Assembly (NCBI GenBank): GCA_027923505.1
Contig: BROI01000022.1
Location: forward strand, 558,001 to 622,000
DNA from: Mayamaea pseudoterrestris
Lineage: Eukaryota
Reading direction: 5' to 3'
Length of the DNA: 64,000 nt
Position 1 is the stretch's first letter. Every line of letters starts with the position of its first letter. A program made the position numbers and the translations under genes. Below the pieces are notes generated by a model that ran no database searches, was not told the DNA's origin, and saw nothing but the letters and a program-made list of their open reading frames with translations. Positions 22,813 to 34,283 of this stretch are shown here, one piece after another.

Positions 22813-24033
22813 ATGTCATCATCAAACAATGCCTGCCCCGCCGATGCCGTGAATCATCTTCCTCTTCCAGATCCTCCACCCTACGAGATTCGCGACAAGA
22901 CAAACAACCGCACGATTGTCTTGGGTATTGAAGGCTCGGCCAACAAGATTGGCGTCGGCGTCTTGCAGTACGATCCGTTGCGGCGTGAATATCAAATACT
23001 GGCCAACCCTCGCAAAACATACATTGCTCCGACGGGACATGGGTTTCTGCCCAAGGAAACGGCCTGGCATCATCAGCAGCATGTCGTTGCATTGGTGCGA
23101 GCGGCCTTGGATGAAGCGTTTAAGTCGTCGGCTACTAGTGAAAGTGATGGACAGCAGCAGCAGCCGCAGCAGCAACAACAACACCAGCAAGACTACCAAC
23201 CCGACCAGTTGATATCCGCCATTTGCTTCACCAAAGGCCCCGGCATGGGTGCGCCGCTACAATCCTGCGCCGTCGCTGCCCGCACGTTGAGTCTCATATG
23301 GAAGGTTCCCTTGATTGCCGTCAATCACTGCGTCGGTCACATTGAAATGGGTCGCATGGTGTGTCAGTCGCGCAATCCAGTGGTTTTATATGTATCGGGC
23401 GGAAACACCCAAGTCATTGCCTACTCGAATCAGCGCTACCGCATATTTGGTGAAACGATTGACATTGCCATTGGCAACTGCTTGGATCGATTCGCCCGGT
23501 GCATTGGTCTTTCCAACGATCCGTCGCCGGGATACAATATAGAGCAGGAGGCAAAGAAGGAAGGCGCGCAGTTTTTGGAGCTGCCGTACGTTGTCAAGGG
23601 CATGGATGTTAGTTTCTCCGGCATTTTAACGTCGGTGGAAACCTTGGCCAAGACGAAACTAAAAAGTGGCACCATTTCCAAGGCTGACTTGTGCTACTCG
23701 CTGCAGGAAACATTGTTCGCCATGCTTGTGGAAATTACGGAACGAGCCATGGCGCATACTGGTCAGAACGAAGTGTTGATTGTTGGAGGCGTGGGCTGCA
23801 ACAAGCGCCTGCAGCAAATGATGGAGCTCATGGCCGAGGACCGCAACGGCAAGGTGTGCGCCATGGATCATCGCTACTGCATTGACAATGGCGCCATGAT
23901 TGCGCAGGCGGGGATACTGGCGTTGCAGTATGGCGACAAGACGGCATTGGAAGATGCAACATGCACGCAACGGTTTCGAACGGATCAAGTGAAGACGATT
24001 TGGCGAGCGCCCACCGACTGGAAGCATACATGA
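22813..24033 (+). CDS. KAE1: tRNA N6-adenosine threonylcarbamoyltransferase Kae1/OSGEP (KEOPS complex)
   Basis: [68 protein letters not shown] and TQRFRTD; contains a poly-Q insertion. Confidence 0.97.
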   Translation: MSSSNNACPADAVNHLPLPDPPPYEIRDKTNNRTIVLGIEGSANKIGVGVLQYDPLRREYQILANPRKTYIAPTGHGFLPKETAWHHQQHVVALVRAALDEAFKSSATSESDGQQQQPQQQQQHQQDYQPDQLISAICFTKGPGMGAPLQSCAVAARTLSLIWKVPLIAVNHCVGHIEMGRMVCQSRNPVVLYVSGGNTQVIAYSNQRYRIFGETIDIAIGNCLDRFARCIGLSNDPSPGYNIEQEAKKEGAQFLELPYVVKGMDVSFSGILTSVETLAKTKLKSGTISKADLCYSLQETLFAMLVEITERAMAHTGQNEVLIVGGVGCNKRLQQMMELMAEDRNGKVCAMDHRYCIDNGAMIAQAGILALQYGDKTALEDATCTQRFRTDQVKTIWRAPTDWKHT

Positions 24034-24149
24034 TGATGATGATGTAGATAAAGGCGAACAGAAACACATACTGTCAAGTTTTTCACTATGTAGCAAAAAT
24101 TATTGTCTATAAGTCTATAGTATACGCTGAATGTATAAAGTATGAAACA

Positions 24150-26261
24150 TTAGCGTGGGGAACGCCCTTCCTCCACCATTTCAATCTCAAAAGGTACCGG
24201 CGATGTTGCTGCGGCCGGCAAGTGCGACCTTGGCCCACTCGCCGTGTCATTTTCACTCCGACTGAACATTCGGATCATTCCTGATATGGGACGACCAGTC
24301 GGGCCAACGGGAATGCGGCCCTGCGACTCATGTGGCATGGGACCTGATTCCGGCTCAAACTCACTCGCCGAAGGAATATCGGTCCTACAAACTGGACAAG
24401 TGCGTGCTTGTCGTAACCATTCCTTGCAGCAAGACTTGTGAAACACATGGTCGCATGCAGTCTTAACAATGCAATCATCCTGTGCAAAGGCGTCCATGCA
24501 AATGCAACATTCTCGATCGCGAGGAAAGCGCGCCTGTAGTTCAGCCCAGCTCATAATAGGAAGCTGCTCAATAAAACCAGAAGGAGCACCACTCGTTGCG
24601 TAGACGGAGGGAAGTACCGCATGCGCCGCACCAGCTTCACCCGACGCTGGATGCGACGATGGATTGTAGCCGTTCCACGTCAACATGGCAGCTGCCACCA
24701 GCATGGGACAAACGTAACCAAAGATAATCGTCGCCCAGGCTGCCAGCGACAAGGTCACAAAGGCTCCACTCGCCCGAAACAGTTCCGGAGCAGTGCTGCG
24801 ACACGTTGCACCAAGGTCCATGTAAATCGTCATGACGCCCAGTCGCAACACTAGTGCCGCGTAAATCAAGTAGCAAACGTTGTACACAACAATGCGACAG
24901 GGAATGCGATTGCCCGACGACGCGTTCCAACCGAGGCAGTATCGCAAAATGTCACTCCGAAAGACATCCACAAAGAGTTGAATCGTGGCCAACCAAAAGT
25001 AGCCGCGCAGCGGCAAATCGCACGGCAAGTCCAATGAAAAGAAGAATATGATCACCCAGACGGCCCAGGAAACCAGAATGCAAAAGATGAGCAAGCTAAA
25101 AATGAGTGCCACAACGGCAATGACGACTTGGAAGCAGTGGTTGATGCGCATCCATCGTCGGCGGGCCTCGCGTTCCGATGATTGATTCAGTGGTAGTGGT
25201 TGTTGCTGCTGACTTCGGTCTGGTTGTTGAGAGTTATTGTTGTTCATGGATTCAAACATTGGAGCTGCTGCTGGTGATAAAGGCATTGGGACTGGTGGCG
25301 ACAAGGTATCTGCAGTCGCAAAATGCTGCAATGGCTGCCCCGCCGAGTCGTATAATGCCGGAGATATCCCAGCGTCTCTAAATGCAGTATCCTGGTGCAA
25401 ATTGTTGTGTAAGCCGCCTGTTAAAAATGGATCATCATTTGACGTATATAGCGCGGCTGCAGCGGATGAAGACAATTGTGTAGTCGCTGCTGCTGTTGAC
25501 GCCGGAATAGTAGTCGACGACGGCAATGCATATAAATTACTCGAATCACTACTGCCAGTCGAATCAGCTGCTGCGGCATCCTCGGTGGAAAAGCGCGGCC
25601 GCAAAATTCGACTGGTCGAGCTGCGAAACCGCACGACATCCGACTCGGACCGCGTGCGAGCGCGATTCAGCTCCAGCAATCCGTCGTCCTCCAAGATGGA
25701 CGCAAATACATCCGGCTGTTGCAATGCGTCCGTTGATTGCTGCAAAGTGACATTTGCATCGTTATTTCGCCGCCGCCGACCTTGGAGCCGTGGGCTGAGT
25801 GTATGGCTCCGCGTATTTGCATTCATTGACGAAACTTGCGGCGACTTGCTGCGCACCCATCGCTTGACGCGCCGCATGCCTCGATCCAGTGGCGACAAGG
25901 CTCGCCGCAGCTTGCTGTCATCCTCGTCCACTTGAGGTACTGACGACGACTCGTTGCAGCCCGTGATCGAGCTGTTGCTCGTCGATGAAATGGTCGGCGT
26001 CGATGGACCCGGAGCATGTCGCGATGATACGCTACTACCTTCCATATTATTGCTGCGCCGCTGTCGCAAGTGCTGCAGCTGGAACGAGTCGTCGCTGCTT
26101 CCGCCGCCGCTTGCGTTGATAATGGGAGCGACCGACTCGTGCATGTAAAGATCCGTCGTGGCAAATAATTCATTGTCGTGAGCATGATCGTCGTCGTCAA
26201 GTGGTGACTGCGATATATTCCATATTTGCTGGTCTCGCGAGGATTGCAGATTGTCCGACAT
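24150..26261 (-). CDS. Multi-pass membrane RING-H2 E3 ubiquitin ligase
   Basis: Disordered N-terminus, about four hydrophobic helices (CDLPLRGY, CRSTAPELF), then CCIC...CDHVFHKSCCKEWL...CPVCR. Confidence 0.9.
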   Translation of the reverse strand: MSDNLQSSRDQQIWNISQSPLDDDDHAHDNELFATTDLYMHESVAPIINASGGGSSDDSFQLQHLRQRRSNNMEGSSVSSRHAPGPSTPTISSTSNSSITGCNESSSVPQVDEDDSKLRRALSPLDRGMRRVKRWVRSKSPQVSSMNANTRSHTLSPRLQGRRRRNNDANVTLQQSTDALQQPDVFASILEDDGLLELNRARTRSESDVVRFRSSTSRILRPRFSTEDAAAADSTGSSDSSNLYALPSSTTIPASTAAATTQLSSSAAAALYTSNDDPFLTGGLHNNLHQDTAFRDAGISPALYDSAGQPLQHFATADTLSPPVPMPLSPAAAPMFESMNNNNSQQPDRSQQQQPLPLNQSSEREARRRWMRINHCFQVVIAVVALIFSLLIFCILVSWAVWVIIFFFSLDLPCDLPLRGYFWLATIQLFVDVFRSDILRYCLGWNASSGNRIPCRIVVYNVCYLIYAALVLRLGVMTIYMDLGATCRSTAPELFRASGAFVTLSLAAWATIIFGYVCPMLVAAAMLTWNGYNPSSHPASGEAGAAHAVLPSVYATSGAPSGFIEQLPIMSWAELQARFPRDRECCICMDAFAQDDCIVKTACDHVFHKSCCKEWLRQARTCPVCRTDIPSASEFEPESGPMPHESQGRIPVGPTGRPISGMIRMFSRSENDTASGPRSHLPAAATSPVPFEIEMVEEGRSPR

Positions 26262-27099
26262 GGGCTGCCTTACGCAATACCTTTACCGTAGGATGGAATC
26301 GTGACGGAAACGTTGAGCAGGGCGCTTGGTGTCAGCGGTTTGACGAGCTGCGCGAGAGAACGCTCCCGTCTCGTCCCTTTCAAAAGCAAAGCGACTCTCT
26401 CTTTAAAAATCAAGGACAAATTAAAATCTTTTACAGTACTTGTACAGTTCAAATGGCTGGACAGAGGCGCACAATGAGGGATCTTGTGAAGGGCCTCGCT
26501 CGCCTTCTCCGCGAACGAATCTCGAATTATGCGGCTGCCTCGTGGGAGTCGCGTGGACATTCATAACCGTTGCGACTCTATAAATAACCGATACGACAAC
26601 GACCAATGTTTTCTTGCGCCAAGAAGTACACTCTGCTCTATAGTCGCATTGAACCGTCCTTGGCTTTCGCACAGCCTCTCGAGGGTGGCGTCGGAGGCAT
26701 TTTTGCGTTCGTTCCAAACACGGCTGTTACTTGACTGTAATTGATTGCTATACTTGAAAGAGTCTTTTTCATTTACTGACACGAAAAGCGAGTCAAGACA
26801 ATTGACGTTTGCAGGTAGGACATTGACGTTGACCGCTTGTGCGATAAGACGAGCTCGGAAGCATGCCGTATTTTGGACACTTGCGGCTGCTGGCATTTTT
26901 TTCTTGTCGTGCTGCCATCTTTACTTCGAGTCACTTACCTAATTTCATTAATTACCTTCTTGTTGATAGCAGTCGGCAAGACAATTAGTAAAGCAAGCAG
27001 GAGAGACTGTTATACTCGACGCGACAAACAGCAGCAGCTTCTCATTGCGACTATTGCCCTGCAGCAGCAGCTTTATCAGTTAATAACACATAAATTACC

Positions 27100-28278
27100 A
27101 TGACTCCAGCCGTTGCACCAAACGCTGCTGCCGCAACTACAACAGCTCCACCGGACGGTTGGATCGACACGATCATTGACTTGCTGCTGAGCGCCCGCAG
27201 CAAGAAACCCGGCACGCCGGTGGAGATACAGGCGCAGGATGTCACCCAGCTCTGCACGCTGGCCCGCGACGTGTTCATGTCGCAACCCATGCTGCTGGAG
27301 CTGGGAGCTCCCATTAAAATTTGTGGAGACGTGCATGGGCAGTTCACTGACTTGTTGCGGCTCTTTGAATATGGAGGCTTTCCGCCGGAGGTGAGTTTAT
27401 ATAATACAGCAGTGTTTATTGTATCGGTAGAGAATGGCCTGCATTCATTGTATTTTGGCTCACTCAATTACCATTTAATATATCTTGTTATTACAGGCCA
27501 ACTACGTCTTTTTGGGCGACTATGTCGACCGCGGCAAGCAGTCGTTGGAGGTGGTGTGTTTGCTCTTTGCCTACAAGATCAAGTATCCGGAAAACTTTTT
27601 CCTGCTGCGCGGCAACCACGAGTGCGCCGGCATTAACCGCATCTACGGCTTTTACGATGAGTGTCGTCGTCGATTCTCGGTCAAAATGTGGAAGCAGTTT
27701 TGCAATACCTTCAACTGCTTGCCGTGCTGCGCGGTGATTGATGACAAGATTCTGTGCATGCATGGGGGCTTGTCGCCAGAGTTGAGTCAAATGGAGCAGA
27801 TTGCAAACATTGCGCGGCCGTGTGACGTGCCGGACACTGGCTTGCTGTGCGATTTGCTGTGGGCAGATCCGGATCCTAGCATTACGGTACGTGTATTGTT
27901 GTGGTTTATGCATTGATGCCAACATCTTGTCGCTTACCGTATTCGTCGTTTCAATGACAAAAACAGGGATGGGGCGAGAACGACCGCGGCGTTTCGTTCA
28001 CATTTGGAGGCGATGTCGTTCGTCAGTTTCTTCGTCGGCATGATCTCGACCTTGTGGTGCGGGCGCATCAAGTCGTGGAAGATGGATACGAGTTTTTTGC
28101 TGGTCGTGAGTTGGTGACTGTGTTTTCGGCACCCAACTACTGCGGCGAGTTTGACAATGCGGGCGCCATGATGACTGTGGATGATACGCTCATGTGCTCG
28201 TTTCAGATTTTAAAGCCGGCGAGTGCGGCGCAGCAGCGTGGGTATGGAGCGAGACAAACGACTCCGGGACGAAAGTGA
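27100..28278 (+). CDS. PP1: Ser/Thr protein phosphatase PP1 catalytic subunit, 3 exons (introns 27391..27496 and 27887..27966)
   Basis: [38 protein letters not shown] and SAPNYC. Splicing restores PPE-ANY and [10 protein letters not shown]. Confidence 0.97.
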
Positions 28279-28407
28279 TTGACATGTAGCGATGACGTGA
28301 ACGTTCGGGATATGGCTCACTGCAGACATTAAACATTTCTGAGATACTGTGTATGTTATGCGAATATTCTACTCGTCTAGCTACCGGTAGTATTGCTTTG
28401 TCGAATA

Positions 28408-30890
28408 CTAAATGAGGCTCGACCGATCCACAGAGTCTCGTCGATCCATATCGGCAAGTCGTTGCCGCTGTCGTCCTCCCTCGCTCCAGATATAGTACAA
28501 TGCCAGGAATAAACTGAGCAAGGAAATAACAAACGATAGAGCCACAGCAATGATACTCGTATCATCCGATGCATAGTCGGATCCATCATCGTTGTTTGCA
28601 TATGTGCCATGGCGCCGCGCTAAAAAGTCGATCCAAAGGATGAAAAAGTCGTAGCCTCCATGAAAGATAACGGCGGGAAGAATGATGCGGCCAAGCTTCA
28701 TGTTTCGGACTCCTTCCAGTTCCCGTTTGCAGACACCAATGCTCTGAAGTGCTGCAGCAATGGGATGCACTGGGAACAAGCTTCGAGACACGAGGACTGT
28801 CAGCTGCATCTGAATCGATCCTTTACTGTAGATAAACAAGTAAACAAGATTCTCGCAGCATGCAAAACCAATCGCGACTGCCACCATGGCGAGCATAATG
28901 GCGCTGCCTCTAGCTTGCATCGACTGCCCTTGCTTGGCGTATGACGAGTCGCGCTCCGAGCGGTTGCCATCAGCGTTGGCCTCTTCGTCATCGACATTTT
29001 GATTGTCGTTCTCGCCAAGTACAATCTGTCTGGCTTCGGTCAGTTCACGACTCGACAAAAAATCTGGATGCTCAACCATTCGATAGCCAAAGTACTTGCA
29101 TAACTCTTCGATAAAGGCTGCAAGGAAAAAGGCCGTCACCATAATGTACAACGTATAAAAGGCCGGATGGTCATTCCCAAACGCTTGCACAAAGTCCTTG
29201 ATACCGGCGCCTGCCAGTCGGAACGTTTCGTCTGGCACGAAAAACGCTCCAAAGCCATTCACCGGTGAGCTGACGAAATGCGTTGCGCCTTCGTCCGGAC
29301 TGGCAGCTTGGCCCACGCCAGAAATCAACAATACCAGCGTCACAAAAACCTTGACAATGAGCGAGCACACTAGCTCCCAAAAGACTGCCAGCGATGTCGA
29401 CAAACAAAAGCCAGCCGCAAAGTACTTGATCAAGGCGTCGATACTGAGCTCGGAAGGCTTGCGTCGATTGACGAACCATACAATCAACGCCAACAAACCA
29501 ATGGATTGCGCCCAGGCCGCCAAGTAGACGCCAAAGTTGTAAATATTAAAGTGAATCACTTTGTTGCGTCGACCAACGACAAATCTCCAGTAGTATCTTC
29601 CACCAATACTCCATGCCAGCAACATTAAACTCAGCATGAGCAGCCCCTGCAGCAACCGCACCGACAGTCGCGACAGTGGCGGCATGGAGCAACATTTAAA
29701 CGAGCAGCACCAACTTCTAGAACGTGCTGCTCCATCACTATTTTGCTCCCACCGCTCGTCGTATATATTCGGATAGTAGTCCATGTACGCCTGCATGGTC
29801 ACGTAGTCGATGCGCCGGCACGCCGCTGGTAGCAATTCCGTTTCCAACTCGCGCGCCTCCTGCGCCAGGGCGCACGTTCCGCAGCATTGCGGCAACAATC
29901 CGCAACACGAAAAGCAAAGATGCTTCCACAAACAGCGGCACAAGTGGTTTTCGTCGTCATTGTTGTTGTTGCGATCGTAGTCATTATTCGTACTAGTATT
30001 CGTCGTGTCGTTGCGATAGCAACCAATGATGCAGCATGGATGCGCGCACGAAACATCCCATTCGGACTGTCCCAAGTAGTGGTTTCGATTCGTCACGTTT
30101 TCGTTTTCGTCATCCTCACTCGAACTCACCCGCGGTAAATGATGCTCCATGATTGCCAATACACTGGAACGAGGATGCTGCAACTTCTGATACTTTAGAT
30201 ACAGCAAGTCCTTTCGCACCGACATGGTTTTCATGCGCCACTTGAACGCTTGCTGCGCCGCGTAGAGCAGCAGCATGCCCAGCAACACCCAACACGATAC
30301 GAGTCGCAGGGTGGCGTCGCGCACGTGCGTGGCCACCAAGCCGGCCAGCAACACAATGCAGAGCGGCATGAGCAAATGCACGACGATGCGTTTGAATGGA
30401 CTGGGAGGTGTGGTTCCTGTGTGTGTCATATGTCATAGAAAGCAACGAGTGAGACTTATAACGTTTGTTACCAAGAGGCTCCTTCATTGTATCCTTTACT
30501 TTCGCAGCCACATTATTCTTAGTTTATTCATCACATTCATTTATATATTAACGCACCTTGCAGCAGGTAGCGGTCTCGATCATGCTGCAAAACACCGCAG
30601 CACGTTACTGCGCAGCAGTCGACTCGCTCCATGTCAACGTGGCGGTACATGTCGTGAATGGACGTGCTGAATCCGCGGTAATTGTCAATATTGCTGCTAC
30701 TGCGTAGATTGTCATGACATTCATTGTCAGTTTGACTCCTCAGACGACCTTCTCGTCGAGATAGACTGCTTCTCGTTTTCGGCTGCTGGTGGAGGTTCTC
30801 ATCATGATCATCCTGGAAGGAACGATAGTTGGTGGGAGACTGTCGCTCCGACGGCGGATCGCCTCGTTTCTGACTACGAAAGCTGTTCAT
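28408..30890 (-). CDS. PLAC8-like Cys-rich domain fused to a PrsW-family intramembrane protease, 2 exons (intron 30417..30556)
   Basis: PLAC8-like: DCCAVTCCG and QCCGTCALAQEARE. PrsW motifs: IEELCK, GFACCEN, PVHP, FHGGYD. Confidence 0.8.
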
Positions 30891-31192
30891 GTAAGGATTG
30901 GAGGCAATAGTTGTCTTGCTATGCTTTCAATGCATCATGGTAACAGTAGCGGCATGAAGATGTTGTGTGACGCGCAACTGGCGATGGAAGTCGGCGTTGG
31001 AACTGTCGGAAGCGGCACTGAAAAGTATTTTGTGTTTCGCTGCGACAAAAGATGACGTCATGGCCGCGTGGTGCGACCATGGCACGAAAGGTTTCGGCCG
31101 CTGCGTACATCAAGAGCTGATTAACAGTCACACAGAGTACCGATACTTATTCCCTGTTACAATTTGAGAGTGCATAGATACCCGCGACAGCC

Positions 31193-32529
31193 ATGGTACG
31201 TACTGGTAGAGTTGACAATTTTCAGCGTCGCCACAGCTGCAACTTTTTCGCTCACGACTCGTCACGCTTCTTTCTTTCGGACATGCGCAGCAGTCTCGTC
31301 GTCCAAATGCGCAGCAGCAGCCAGATGCTTCTTCATCTGCGAGTACTACTGCCCTATCGTCACATCGAAATAACAATCATCAAAATAAAAGCAGCAAGAC
31401 TCTGTCATGGAAGCAATGGTTGATGCAAGTCATTCGTTCGCTGGCAAAAGTCATTCTATGGCCCTTAAAATACTTTTTGCAATTAACGTTTCCGTCGTGC
31501 GACACGGATGGACTCTCGGCGGCTGCCAGCGCCAAGGCGACGCTAAAATTTTGCAATTATATGCAGCAGCAATCAACTATTAATAACGAACAATTATGGG
31601 CAACGAATGGCTTTGCGCATGCCAAGCAGCAAGCCGCGGAGCAGTCCAAACTGATACTGCTCGTCTTGCATTCACCACTGTCTCCTGATTCCACTACATT
31701 TTGTCACTCCCACTTGCATCAGCCGCAACTGCAATCCTTCGCGTCACATTCGCAAATACTGCCGCTGGGATTGGATGTGCACACGGGGCAGGGCGCGCAA
31801 CTGGCCAGCGTGTTGCAGGCGTCCGCCTTTCCGCTGCTGGCGCTGCTGCAACCCAATCTGAATGCCACGACAAGCTCGAGTGCATCACTGACAATCTTGT
31901 TTCGCGCCGAGGGCGAGTCGCTCATGAGTCTATGTAATAGTAACATTCATGGACAAGGAAACGCAACGACAACTACAGCTACATCAGCAAACACACTACA
32001 CACTTACTTACAATTGGCACTAACACGTCACGAAACCATGGTGGCCGAGGCTATCGCGCGTCGCATGGACCGCGCGCAGGATGTGGCCCTGCGACAAGCG
32101 CAGGACGATGAATACCAAGAAACGCTGCGGTTGGATCGAGAAAAGCAGGCATTGGCGGCTGAAAAAGCACTCGAGCAACGCATGGAGGAACAGAGTCGCG
32201 TCAATGAGGAACAGGCGCAACGAAACGTTATACAGCAGGCCAAGCAACTAGTGGGCGATGAACCTGCGCAAGGCGGATGCATGGTGCGGTTCGTCTTGCC
32301 GAGTGGCACCAAACTGAATCGACGGTTTGCCACGGATGCGACGATCAAAGTGCTCAAGGCGTACTTGACGGTATACTGTTACGAGAATGACATAACAATG
32401 GGAATTATAGGCCTGTCGACCAGCTTTCCGAGAAAGACGTACAATGAGGAGAATGAGCAGCAATTGACGTTGGAGGAGGCGGGGCTGACGGGACAGGCGG
32501 TGTTGATGGTGCAAGACTTGGACGCGTAA
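31193..32529 (+). CDS. UAS-UBX domain protein (FAF2/Ubx2-like p97 adaptor); first coding exon is ATG only (intron 31196..31290)
   Basis: ATG|GTACGT...GCGCAG| joins in frame to QSRRPNAQ. Motifs LLVLHSP, LRQAQDDEYQETLRLDRE, VRFVLPSGTKLNRRF and TSFPRK. Confidence 0.88.
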
Positions 32530-32669
32530 CTTGGAGTTTGACATGTCGCATGCTTAAATAAAGACCTACCCATGTTCATAGCCATACATAAAAGTAACGG
32601 CATATATTGGAAAATGTATAACGTAGCGTAAGTTGGCGTGACAAATATAATTAGCAGCAAAATTTTGTC

Positions 32670-33671
32670 TCATGGCCAATCGCCGAGTTTCTCCGTCGGC
32701 CAAGGCAATCCTGGTCTCGACCAGCACTCTATCTTATCGCCCTCCGAATCGACTACTCCCAACAACTCTAATCCCGCCTCCCGCAAGCGTTTTGCCTCCA
32801 TACCAGCGGAAATGGCAGTGGCAGGATTCCTAAAGCAAACGCGCGGCGCTCGCACAATCAAGGCCCGGTCCACTAGTCGCTCATCTAAAAAGGCTTGCGC
32901 CGTCACTGGTCCACCTTCCACCATGACGTGACGGACGGCAAACTCGCTCGCCAAATCCGCCAAGACTTGCGTCAAGTTGAGTGTCTTGTTGATTTGGTCA
33001 AATGCATTGATAGCATCAGATGATGCTGATTGCGGTTCATTGGAAACGCAGTGATAGACTGCCGTTGGTAAACCATCGTTGAATATTGTATATTGCTGCT
33101 GACTTGATTCATTCCGCATGAGACGCAAATGGGGATCCAATATCACGCGCAGTGGTTGCTTGTCGCACGTCACGTTTCGTCGCACCGTCAGGCTCGGATC
33201 GTCCGCCGCAACAGTGCCACGACCCACCAAAACGGCGTCACTGTTTCGACGCAGTCGATGCACCATGTTTAAGGATGCGGCGCTGGTGAATCGAACGTTA
33301 CGTGGTGTGGTTGCAGTCGAATCATCGTTGGTTTCACCGGCATTGCCGTTCGCATCGACGGCCATTTTCAGTGTCACTCCTGTAACGTTTCGTCGCTCGT
33401 TCCTGGTGACTGATCCATATTCATTTCGTAATTTCAGTAATGATGCTTCGTCGTTTTCGTTTCCGATCGTTTCCATCCGTAGAGGAGCAACTCCAAGTGC
33501 ATGTCGCGATATGTAGCGACGCTGTCGATTCGTTTGGTGCAACGTGCATTGCCGTCGTACGTCCAAGCGCTCCGTAATCGAAAAGCCAACGGACTCGCGA
33601 ATCACAACGAGAGAAACGAGCAAACTAATACATATTCGCTTTCGCTGAAGGTGAGAAAATTTGCAAAGCAT
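32670..33671 (-). CDS. RibD C-terminal-type (Rib7-like) pyrimidine reductase, probably plastid-targeted
   Basis: VTLKMAVDANG, VHRLRRNSDAVLVGRGTVAADDPSLTVR, PLRVILD and VMVEGG; presequence ends SVG-F. Confidence 0.88.
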   Translation of the reverse strand: MLCKFSHLQRKRICISLLVSLVVIRESVGFSITERLDVRRQCTLHQTNRQRRYISRHALGVAPLRMETIGNENDEASLLKLRNEYGSVTRNERRNVTGVTLKMAVDANGNAGETNDDSTATTPRNVRFTSAASLNMVHRLRRNSDAVLVGRGTVAADDPSLTVRRNVTCDKQPLRVILDPHLRLMRNESSQQQYTIFNDGLPTAVYHCVSNEPQSASSDAINAFDQINKTLNLTQVLADLASEFAVRHVMVEGGPVTAQAFLDERLVDRALIVRAPRVCFRNPATAISAGMEAKRLREAGLELLGVVDSEGDKIECWSRPGLPWPTEKLGDWP

Positions 33672-34283
33672 TGACGTGCCGATGATTGCGCTTCGTCGTA
33701 GGGTGGACGTGTCGTGACGATTCGTATTCAACAAATGTGCATGACTCATGGTTGTAACGTGAACCAGCAACTTCAGCGTGAATTTAGTTGCTAAATGTAT
33801 GATGACGAGTGACAGATAACTAAACTTGTAACGAACTTGGACTAACTATTGCGCCATGGTCACAACATGGATGGATGGATGGATTCATCGAGACGCCAAA
33901 TCGTACCATCACTCACAAGGTACTCACAGTATGACTCATTCACAATGGCGCGCCGAAGGAACGCTCGCTGGGCGACGACGAATCTGCTTCATTCGTTTGG
34001 CAAGGAAGTTGGTCGAGGCTTCATTGGAATGGCCTCGTGTTCATTTATGCGAACCCGCAACTGCTGCCAACGACAACGGCACGTCTCTCGTGGATGAGAT
34101 GGATGACGCATGGTAGACGGTACAAGTAGAACAAGGGAGCGACAAGGACTCTCGGCACTTGCAAATCAAAACAAACCTTTTCAAAGAATCTACTCTTTGT
34201 CGCAATAATTTTAGCAAACAATATAGAATAGAAGGAAGGAAACTAACAAGCAATTTACGTCGCAGCAGCTACTCGACGAATCA

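Noticed and set aside
22634..23092. 153-codon N-terminal extension of BUB1 overlapping KAE1
   Set aside because: It is mostly the antisense shadow of KAE1; BUB1 homology (KEN1) begins just after the Met at 22633.
23150..23200. Poly-Q insertion in KAE1 as a functional novelty
   Set aside because: CAG/CAA microsatellite tracts occur in several genes in this window and probably sit in a tolerant loop.
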